This document shows positions 53,401-64,000 of a DNA stretch of 64,000 nt, in pieces. Source of the stretch: Chrysomallon squamiferum (lineage: Eukaryota; Animalia; Mollusca); the NCBI GenBank assembly GCA_012295275.1, contig CM022665.1, forward strand, positions 9,610,001-9,674,000. Direction: 5' to 3'. Numbering within the stretch: the first letter of the stretch is position 1; the number at the start of each line of letters is the position of its first letter. The notes beneath the pieces were generated by a model, which saw only the letters and a program-made list of their open reading frames with translations, did no database searches and had not been told where the DNA came from. Position numbers and translations under genes: made by a program.

Positions 53401-54768
53401 ACTGTTGATTTATTTTCATACACTATCATCTGTCATTTGGAGTGATTTCATAAATACAACACTTGTATGGTAGTCATGTCAAATAAAATAGTAAAAAAAA
53501 AAATATATATATATATATATATATTATAATAATAATAATAAATCAAAAAGATAGATTAGAAAATACAATTCTAGAAAGAAAAAAAAATGATTAACAAGAT
53601 CAGTTTTGTGAAATAATGCTGATATTTACTGGTTTGCTGTTGAAAAAGAAGTTGTAAATCCTGCTAATCAGTAAGAGTAACCCTTGAAAAGGTGGATACA
53701 TTTTTCATTTCTTGTATTGTTGTATGACACCTAATAACTGTTAATATAGAGATGTGACGAGTGTGTTAAATATTCATTAATTTAATATTGTTGACAAATC
53801 ACTTAATGTAATATTAAAGAATGTCTTCATAACCAAGCTTTTGTGTACAAAATCCTGTAAAGGATATCTAAAAATAAATAAATAAAATAAATAAAATAAA
53901 TAAAATAATATAAAATAATTTATTTATAATTTTTATAAATAATGAATTATAATTTGATATCTTTGTTTATGGCTATTTTAAGAGTTACATTCCATATTTG
54001 GTATTACAATAATGATAGTATGGATGGCTTTTGTAAGAAAACAGATTTTTTTTCATATACATCTGTATAAAAAGCTGTATCTCATTTGTGTTGATAACAA
54101 ACTGTGTAGAGTGAATTATAACTGTTATAAAATGTGAGGTATTAAATGGCTCTGGGAACATAATATTTTAAAAGCATGTTCTTATATTAGTGGGGTTTTT
54201 TCTTCTGTTTTTCATTTTGAAGATTTTAAAGCAATGTATCAGATAAAATGAAAAAAAATGTAGATGACTGCAGAGCTCATGATGTTGCAACATATTGCTA
54301 GACATTTTGGTTTTTTGTTTGCTAGGATCAAAGCCAAGATTATGAAATAGGAGTTCAGTTATAATGGTTACATAACAATGTTCAAGATGAAATTATTTCA
54401 TTATAAAGAAAAACATTAATTGCTGGAATCATTAGAGGGGATGTGTTATAAATAAAAAAATATAATATTACCTTTTTTCTGTGAATGTTAGATGCATGCT
54501 TGCGTGCGTGCATATGATGGTTGTTTTATATAAAAACACCATTGTCAAAGTTGGCAGCAATAGAAGAAGCAAAAAAAAAAAGATAATGAAACAGTATTTA
54601 AGTAAGTAATGTTTTTTCACACAGGGAAGTAGGTAAATTCTTAGTGTACTAGTCTTGGGTATGATGGTTCAATGGATCATTTAATAACTGGTCATTACAA
54701 TAACAGAATTTTACCTTTTTTCTAATAATTACCAGAAATTGTATCATGCATTGCCATTTGTTTTGATA

Positions 54769-54798
54769 TGTACATACGTACATACATACATACATACA

Positions 54799-54830
<32 letters not shown>

Positions 54831-54850
54831 CATACATATATATATATATA
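54769..54850. repeat. (TACA)n tetranucleotide microsatellite followed by (TA)n
   Basis: Direct observation. Confidence 0.95.
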
Positions 54851-56489
54851 AAATTTTTTTTTTTGTATACCTAATAAAAAGTTGGTTAATAATGTGTTGG
54901 TGAAATATCTATTAGCAACATAGTCATGAAAAAATAATTTAGTTAAATTACTAGCTCAACAAGTAAACAATATTTTATTCAGTCCTGCAAAAATACCAAT
55001 TTGAAAAATGGTTTTGCACATCCTGTTGAATCATTTCCAGCTACTGTAATACAATATAACATGAAGATGTACAAATACATGTGGTGAATATTTGTAGATA
55101 AACTGTGACTGAACCTATTTAGTTAAAGACATCTGCCCATAAACAAAACTTGTCTGAATAAATATGGTATTTGTAATCATGCCTTTTTCATTTTGTAAAC
55201 AGTTGATGGGGTTCTCCAGAAATATTGGTGAAATTTACTGACTATTATCATCACCTTGGAAACGGATTGTGTTTATTATCTCACACTTAATTCACTTCAG
55301 ATGTTTTCATTTTCAAGAGGTCTGCTGCTTTTTATGTAATGGCTGGTTGGTCCCCAGGTTGAATATGTTGTTATGAAAGTAGTAATTATGATTTATTTCA
55401 AATAACAATTTGACAAACTGTATAAACCTTCTTAAAATAAAATTAAAACTGCAAATAGTTTTTCATTTAGTTTTAATAATATTAATAATAATAATATTTA
55501 TCATCATCATGTTCATAAAATATTTAGGTTTATTTTAAAGTTAATCATAAATGAAATAATCCCATGCCCAGTACATTTACATATTCAGTTTGTAGATGTT
55601 GCTTCTGTGATAAAACAAAGAGGAGATTCAAACCTCAAATGAACCAGCATAGCCTAACCCAAAGAATTTTGTTTTCAAGATAACTGATTGAAATTATTGA
55701 AGTAGATACTGAAAAGTTTTTTTACTGACACAGTTAAATGTTATTTAGGCACTGAAAGGTCTTATTAACATTTATCCCTAAATGATATTTCTTTGCACTA
55801 AAAACACACTGGTTCTTAAATGACATGTTAAAGTTAATATAAAAAAAAAAAAAAAATAAAAATAAAATAAAAATAAAAATAATAATATAATAATAATAAA
55901 TAATATATATATAATATTGTTTTATTTTTATTCAGATTGAATATTGTCGACATGGACATTAACATTTAACATTATATAATCTAAACTCATTTCTTTTTGT
56001 TTTTGTTTTGGAGTTAAAATACTCAGGTTATCGAATGTTTTCTAGCTATTACACATCTGATGACAAGACTGATTTTTGACATAACCAGACCTGTGATGGA
56101 TCAGAAGTCTAGCTGTTCCTCTGTGTTATTCCCAAGTTCCAGACAACCACAATTCTATGATTACACAATTAAACACAAAATGGACATCATTAAACTTTCT
56201 TTTTTGGAAAATTGCACATAGAACGTGACTCATCCCTTTTCTAAATGTAATCATGTGGGTGGCAATCAATTTTTTGTCTAACTCCTTAACAGCATGTCAC
56301 TAATACTTTATTTTTTTTCAGTCTTCAGTAATCCCGTTTGGCTTCAGCTTGAGAATAAAAGTGCAGTATAATTACAGTCATTGAAATAAAGATGTGTCTT
56401 TTTAAAACTGTTAAAAGTACAAATTATGAAAAGGTATTCCTCATGTTACCTGGTTGATTTTATTATATCATAACATAATATTGGTATCC

Positions 56490-56815
56490 AAACCTTGTGT
56501 CTGATTCTGAACCCATTATCTACATCTAAATCTATCTGAGCCCTGTTTTTTTATCTAAATCTAAAATTTAAGCCATGTTTATAAATCTAAACTTATTATT
56601 TGTGTCTGAATCTAATAACTGTGTAAACCCAGTTCTCTGTCTCAGGAGTGGGTCTGTCAAATACATTTGTCTAATCTTAAAGTTTATATTAAAACCTGGT
56701 GTCTGTATTTGAACCCACTGTCTTTATTAAAACCTAATTACTCCATTTGAACTTACTGTCTGCATTTGAACCCATTGTCTATGCACCCACTTTTATATTC
56801 GAACTCAATATCTTT
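56490..56815. repeat. Decayed ~22-bp tandem repeat (TGTCTGCATTTGAACCCA-like)
   Basis: gaaccca/aaacc and tgtct blocks recur. Confidence 0.6.
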
Positions 56816-57154
56816 CTGATTGCAGTATTTCTATCTTTTTTCTGCTTGTTTTAATTATAGTGTTACAGAGCAGTGACTGTGATAGGGTTTGATAGCAAAA
56901 GTATCAAGATTACAGTCTTACTGCAGAATAATAATGAAACTTTTGTTTTATAACAGCTGAATATAATGGGCTTATTACAGCTATAATAAGGTATTTTAAT
57001 TTTTGTTAGACTGTATCAACTGCAGCTGTATTATGAGAAACTGTTGTATTTTGATAGTGCTTTTTTATGTTAATTTAACATTACAAATTAATATTTTTGC
57101 TTATATGAAGTAAACATGTATTGTTACAAATTAAGTCATACTGTGTTTTTTATT

Positions 57155-58088
57155 TACAATGAAACCTCTAAACTGAACACTTTGCAAACAGAAATTTTCT
57201 CAAAACAAACTTACATCATGGTTCTAGGATTTACACAGCTTTAATCACTAAAAACAATACTAAAACTGAAAACTCTTCTTCCTTGTATAACAAACACACC
57301 ATCTAATTCTATTGTTTATTTTATAAAATGTTTACCTATGATACATGCTAGATATGCTAGATTATGTACTAATTAGTTGTCAAAATCATGGCCTTACAGC
57401 ATGAAAATGGTGAACTACATATGCTCAGTACAGCATTTGTTGTGTTGTTTGAGTAACTGTGGAACAATACTCAAATTGATCTGATAGCTGAGTTTGAAAA
57501 GCTTTCATCATGCAGTTAACTCCTTTATGTTTCTAATAGAAATAAATTTGTACTGTGCTTATTAGGAATGAGATTAGTACCTCTCCCCAATGAATTTGGC
57601 AAAGCAGACATAAATTTAACTCACTGCATTTTAATTGTTTCTACTGCACAGTGTTTATTTTGCCATGTAAGTATTTCTGAATTTCAATTCCAAATCAAGT
57701 ATCAGCATGTTGGGACGTCCATCAAAAAGGTGTTGTGTCGAGTTGTCACTGGTGTTGGAAATGGTCAGCAAATTAAAAAAAAATTCTATTTATGAAGATA
57801 AATGATTCTTAAAACATGTCCAAGATACTGAATCATGAACACAGGCCATCATAATTTACCACTGATCTGCATATCAACAAACCACAATAGAACACTTTAC
57901 AAATGTTCATTAATCTTTATAAAGAATTTACACTTTAATTTGGTTATTGTTGTTGGGGTTTTTGTTGTTTTTTACTACATCTACTTCTTGTAAAGGCTAT
58001 TTCTTGAATCTCACTAAACTGAACACTTCTCTAAGCTGAAAAATTGATTCAGTCTCAAGGGTGTTCAGTTTAGAGGAGGTTTGTTATA
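57155..58088. mobile_element. Decayed non-autonomous DNA transposon (MITE), Tc1/mariner-pogo-like ends
   Basis: Left end TA|CAATGAAACCTCTAAACTGAACAC (57157-57180); right end GTGTTCAGTTTAGAGGAGGTTTG..TA (58061-58088), with a 16-bp perfect inverted match. Internal copies of CTAAACTGAACAC at about 58014 and 57260 (degenerate). Confidence 0.6.
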
Positions 58089-59971
58089 CATTTAAAATAA
58101 CATTCCTTCCATGTTTATGAAACTATGAGTTTATTGAAGATTTATTTTTGGTCTTAAAATTCAGTAAAACAAGCTAAGTACTATTAGTTGTTGTTTTTTC
58201 CAAAAAATAACATTAATAAAATCTCCAGCTGTATGCCTAGAATTGTTAAACAAAAACTGCATTATCTTTAATAAAACAGTTTAACATCTGATAATATATA
58301 TATTTTGTTTTGGTTCCCTAATGTAAAATTTAAATATCAGACATTTGCATGCAAAAATTTAAACAAAAACAAGATATATATAGATCTTTGACATGCATCA
58401 GATCAATAAATTACACCAACAGCAATGTGGGTTTCACCATATGGACACTGACATGAAATATAGTGTGAAAGTTTGCATGTGTGATGGCTTGTACACATAT
58501 TAAGTGTACCTGGCATTTGAAAAACAACAAAAAACCACTAACTGTTCTTTTAATGATAATCAGTTAAAGTTCAAGTATTGAGAGGGGCAATCTTTTTCTT
58601 CTTCTTATTCTCACAAAAGATGTATATAAAATAAAATTCTTATGTGTTTTTTCACATCCAAAACATAGCACACTGGAATTCATTAAAACATAATGGCTGA
58701 TATTGACTGTTAATACCATTGCTCAAATGGATATAACCCAGTCCATCATAAAATTCTTGTATACACATTAGTACTGATGTAAAAATAATTACTACCAAGA
58801 AAAGTATGTTTTTCAAATTGGTTTTTAATATCAACATTTTCTGCTTGCAGTATCTGAAAAAGTCATTTTGTTTTTGTTTGTTATTTTTGTAGATATCTCT
58901 CACAAATATTTAATTACAAACCAACATTTTAAGTTTTGACTGATTTCAAGTGAACCTGTGATAGTACCAGCAAACAGTTTTTCGAACAGATTGTTTTATG
59001 CACAACTTTAAACCAGTCTTTCCTGATGATAAAATATGACTATAAAATAATTAGCATAGATCAAAGAATGGAAAATGTGAACCTGAAGGTGTTTTGTAAT
59101 TGTATTGTCATACTTTATTTTTAGCAAAGGTTAATCATCTGTAATTTTCTGATAAATCCCCAGGAATTTTATAAAAATTTGTCTGTACCGTCAAATTGAC
59201 ACATTAACAGATAGATGGTTTGGTACATCAACAACTAACTTTTTTTTTTTTTTTCAAATAGTTTCTAGTTTTCTCGGTCAATGTATTTTCATGTACTAAC
59301 ATTGGCTTGAAAGTTCCATACTCACTGGCCTTATTTTCATCATGTCTACATAAATTAGAATTATCTCTTTATTGATAATCATGGCAGGGGATGAGGGAAT
59401 GCCAAGTGCAATTGGTTCTTTTTTTTATTTGATCAACATGGCCTGTGATTAGAAAAGTAGTCATGATAGCTATTGATTAACACAGAATTGATAACTGTTT
59501 ACAGAATTACGTGAATTAAAAACGTTCATTTCATTACCGATATCGGCTCTCTGAAACTGACATCATTTCTTTGATTTTAACATGGTTGGTCATTGTTAAC
59601 CCATATGCTTCTGTTTATAGCAAACGGATTACTTTCACAATTCGATTCTTTCACTGTTTAACCAATCAGATTCCTATTAAGAGTACTGATTATGAGATAC
59701 CGTTTTCTATGCACAGTATGATGGATTACCTGTCTGTCATTTTAAAATGGTTATACATTTACATGAAAGGAAATTGTTCTGTGTTAATATTTGGTTGAAT
59801 TAGTTTTAATGTTTTTTTATGATCACAATTTCTTTAAATGTCTATAGTGGTGTTTAGAATACGTGCCAAGATCTTTTTCAGATAAATTCTTATTAACTGC
59901 TGGCTTTATTAGGATCATTCTGACAAATATTCAAAATTTATCTTGAACATGCTTGCACCCATACACCAAAA

Positions 59972-59972
<1 letters not shown>

Positions 59973-60023
<51 letters not shown>

Positions 60024-60050
60024 AGACACAGACACAGACACACACACACA
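59973..60050. repeat. (CA)n / (CACAGA)n microsatellite
   Basis: Direct observation. Confidence 0.95.
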
Positions 60051-60635
60051 AAATTTATCCAAGAACTCCATATCATTTAGAAATGACAGTCCTGTGAAAT
60101 GATAAAAAAAAACTAAAGACATTGTGTGACATCACATGAATGGATTAGGCTTAAAAATGGTTCCTCGTAAGCTGTCTTAGCTAAGTAGACAGTGGATATC
60201 TTGTTATGCAGATTTTCCTATAAAATGTCAAAAGAATTTCAGTTTGAGCATCTGTTAATGCATTTATAGTGTCCTCAACCAATGTCTAAGAGTCTGGCCT
60301 GGTTAAAATCTTTCAGTTTTGCTGAGAGAAAGACAGAACCTTTTAGTAGTTAATGGTGGGTAATTGTGTACAGGACATCATTTGATGAACAAACTTCACA
60401 CTAATCTATATTGTTGAAATTAAAATTGTTCCATTCAGTACTAGGTTATTGTCCTGGGAGTGTGATGGTTTGGTTATTATTATTTTTAAGTTAAGGTCAT
60501 TTAGGGAAGGCAAGGAATTGTAATTGTGGGGTTTTTTAATTTTTAATTTTCATTTTATTGTTGTTTGAACCAGAAAATCAAATGTCAAAATGTAGCTTCA
60601 CATATTTATGCATACTTGCACTCATACATGCATGC

Positions 60636-60636
<1 letters not shown>

Positions 60637-60687
<51 letters not shown>
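60637..60687. repeat. (CA)n microsatellite
   Basis: Direct observation. Confidence 0.95.
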
Positions 60688-60688
<1 letters not shown>

Positions 60689-63600
60689 TTTCAGACACTC
60701 ACTCACAAACACATATCCATGCTGAATTACACAACTGAAAAAAAAAGAAAAAAAAAAGATATAATCTCATTTCATTTTACAGTTATTTTAAAATGGAAAT
60801 TTTAAAAATTTAAACACTCAAATATTTATTCATTAGGATTCATGCTCACTGTATTAATATAAAACTACAAAAAAATAAAAATAAAAAAAAATAAAAAATG
60901 TAGATGCAGCTATAACATAGTCACTTTTTATCATTTAGATATTGTTCAAGATAAAATTTTGTATAATCCAAAAAATAAGAAAATAAAAAATAATCATAAT
61001 AATCATAATAAATAAATAAATAATTTAAAAAGAAAAAAAAAAATTAAATTGAAGTTAAAAAATTAATCATTGCTGGTTGTTGTAAAAACAGTTAAAAAAA
61101 CCCACCTGATGCAGCTGTAACACAATCATCTCTTTTATCATTTAGCATCAATAAAATTTTTATATGTTTGGCCTCATCTTCCTACACATTGTCTTTGATC
61201 CATTACTCTAAAAACATTAATGAGGATTGATAAAGTGATTGATCAGATCCTGACAGATATTTTAAATGATAATTATGGAACCCAAACTACAAGAACTGTG
61301 GGTGGAAATCTTTCACAAGTGATGTACTGAACTGTTCTTTCACAGCAATCTGATACCACTGGGAAACCTAGACACTTGAAATGAAGACAGTTTTCTATAT
61401 TCTGACTCAGGCACATGTTTTCTTTGCATTGTGATCCACATATAATACTATTTGTTTGACAGTGATCAGATCTACATACTTTTAATTTTAATTTTTATAG
61501 TAATGTAAACGGAAGATTTTTTAAGACTCTAAAAGTTACATAGTTGTTTTGGTATGGTGGAAGGAATATGTCTGCCAAAATAGTATATTACTGTAAGAAA
61601 ACTACTAACTATTCAGTTAATAATTAACAGGTAATGTATGAAAAAAAAACCCCACCTCTGTAGAAGATTCTACAAGAAATTCTAAATACCATACTTCCTT
61701 GTATGGTACATTTAGTTGTATGATCTGGTTGTTAAAAGGTACTGTGGTAATTAATACTGGCTAGCTGTTTAAAGTAATATTAACTGTTAACAGAGTACTT
61801 TGAGAAAAAACAAATAATAACAGTTTCTGCACAGGGTATTGTAACAAAAGATATGGTCTGCTCTGTAAGAAGAATGACCTGTCATTTGACTGCCATCTTA
61901 TTAGGGACTAATGGTACTACTGGAGATGGAACAAATGCCCTTTTGGTAGTTATTTTGAGATGTTCATTCTGTGTTAGAATATGATATTGTGAGATATATA
62001 TCATAATTATACCCTATTAGGATACATTAAAAAAGAAAACATGTGCCCTATTAGTATGGTACATATACATTCCTAGTATCATATACTGTCAGATAGATAT
62101 CATATGGCCTATTAGGATCCTTGACAAGTGTGCAAACCATTTAGTTAGTAGCAGTGTTGTGTAAGATGCTATAAACTGTTACTTAATACAGTAGACAAAT
62201 TTTAATTTTTCTTTAAGCTGATAGTGAACACTGCCAGATGTTTCTTATTTTTCTTTTATTGACCCAGCTTTAGTTGTGTTTGCCAATTCAATTAATATAG
62301 CTACTGCAATCCTCAAAGAGAAAGATTTCTCAGGAATATCAATTTGAAGACAACACCAAATCATTTTATCACAGATTTTTTTGCATGGAAATCTCTGAGA
62401 GATCTAGAAAGTCACCGAAGTCAGCTTAATATCTCTGCTTCTGTTTTCAGATTGTGTCCTTTTTTTTAAAGTAAATTGAATATCAACTCACTGCTAAAAT
62501 GAATTGCTTTCACTGATGATGCAGAATAGTTATTAAAGAAGGATATTATTTTTATGCAGAAGAATATATTTCTTTTAAAAATTTTCTAAATTGTTTTTAT
62601 TCAGCTTATTGATAGGATTCTGCTCAAGCTTGAAATTTCAGGTTTGATAAATTTATTGATGTATGATTGTGTGTGTGTGTGGGTGTGTGTGTGTTTGTAT
62701 TTATATACACGCACACAACTATTACAGTCTTTAGTGGTTTTAAAGTATGATGTTGGATTTTTTAAATGAAAAAAAAAATTTAGACATTTAAGAGTAAACA
62801 TCTTTACAACACACAGACACAGACAGACACAGACACAAGGAAAATATCTATACATTTCATAAGTTATATTTTTTCTTTCTGAATGAAATACTAAACTGTT
62901 TACATCATGCTAATACAGAAATAGACATTTAATTCAATGTTTCTGCTTTAAAAAAAATTGTTACATTTCTGAAGATTTTTATTTTTTATTTTTTTAAATC
63001 TGACTGGCAAATTGGCAATGACTTGAAACACCTCATGTTCCCATCACCTGCTTTGATCCATTAACTCTCCAACATATTTCCAGCAGAATGATGTCAAGTA
63101 TGTGATGTTGCCAGTAATTGGCTGGTAATTAGCCAATCAGAGGCTGTGAAACTAATGGGTCCAAAACTATTAAATTACCACTTACTTGGGGGTTCCTCAC
63201 CAAGTGATGGATGCTGTGTGTACTCAAATGTGCATTTTATAGTGGCTAAAAACTCATGTGGATTTCATGCTGCATTTCATAAAGCTTAATAAATAGCAAA
63301 TAATCAGCGCAGGTTACTGACTTTGAAAATGTTTAGTTTTGAATATATATAAAAAAGATGTTTTCAACATTTTATAAAATGATTATTAAAATGCAGTGAG
63401 ATGTGGTAAGTTCTTTCAAGAATATTTCACGCTGAACTTGAATCATGTCAAGAACATAACATATACAGTTACTTTTACTTTGGACACCTAATAAATGAAA
63501 TACTTTTTGTGCTAAAGTATATTTGAAAATCAATTTATTCATCATTAAACAATTATTTAAGAAGTCTTTGGTTTGAAAAGTTATTATTAAATCCTTATAA

Positions 63601-64000
63601 ATGGAAAGTATATTTTAATTTCATGTTGTCTTAATATAAGTGTCCATTTTTGTTAAGAATATTTACCAAAAGTAATTTTTTTTGTATATACATTAATACT
63701 GAAATTATAGTTTCTATGAGTATAGACTAAAAGAGGATTAAATGCCATGTTATTCTGATATGCCATGTTTTACCACTGACATTCTCAAAATAGATTTGAT
63801 TAAACATGCTTGAAATAACGTACATTAATCAGTATGTACCATACATTTATCATAAATGTCCAGAACATTGAAAATTATAATAACAGCTGCATGGACTGCT
63901 GTAAAAACCTAAAATTAAAATGTCAGCCATAGTAAATTTTCATTTATAAATACTGAGTTAGTTTTTTTAACCTTAACATTTCTCTGTTGTTGTCAGGAAC

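Noticed and set aside
56322-56370. Candidate next exon after 42827 (ttttttttcag|TC TTC AGT AAT CCC GTT TGG...)
   Set aside because: The phase-1 frame stops after about 15 codons and there is no good donor; insufficient support.

Overview
This is eukaryotic, very AT-rich, CpG-depleted and microsatellite-rich metazoan DNA, probably from an invertebrate (a mollusc is a guess from repeat style only). There are no prokaryotic features, no CRISPR array and no intact transposase or RT ORF, and most ORF-track entries are low-complexity noise. Two + strand spliced genes can be built by hand. (1) The last two coding exons of an unidentified upstream gene (187-261, 654-674) end ...RTWNFSTRIACAES*. (2) After a CpG-retaining promoter region (~930-2400) with RFX X-box-like and E-box motifs, a large uncharacterised gene begins: 5'UTR exon ending at 2258, then coding exons 4098-4226, 5970-6071, 9072-9134, 9901-9998, 10209-10416, 17208-17329 and 42634-42827. 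All seven are phase-compatible (305 codons) and the gene apparently continues beyond the window. The 10416/17208 junction needs a non-canonical GC-AG intron; if that donor is not used, the frame ends in TGA-TGA and gives a 213-aa short isoform. The long introns hold three perfect CRE palindromes, several CpG-retaining patches with orphan splice donors (candidate internal promoters), a young 24-bp minisatellite, older minisatellites, a ~210-bp direct-repeat pair, a decayed TA-flanked MITE and decayed SINE-like fragments. I could not assign either protein to a family, and I see no convincing evidence of a wholly new system. The best leads are the orphan gene's isoform switch and its intronic regulatory architecture.
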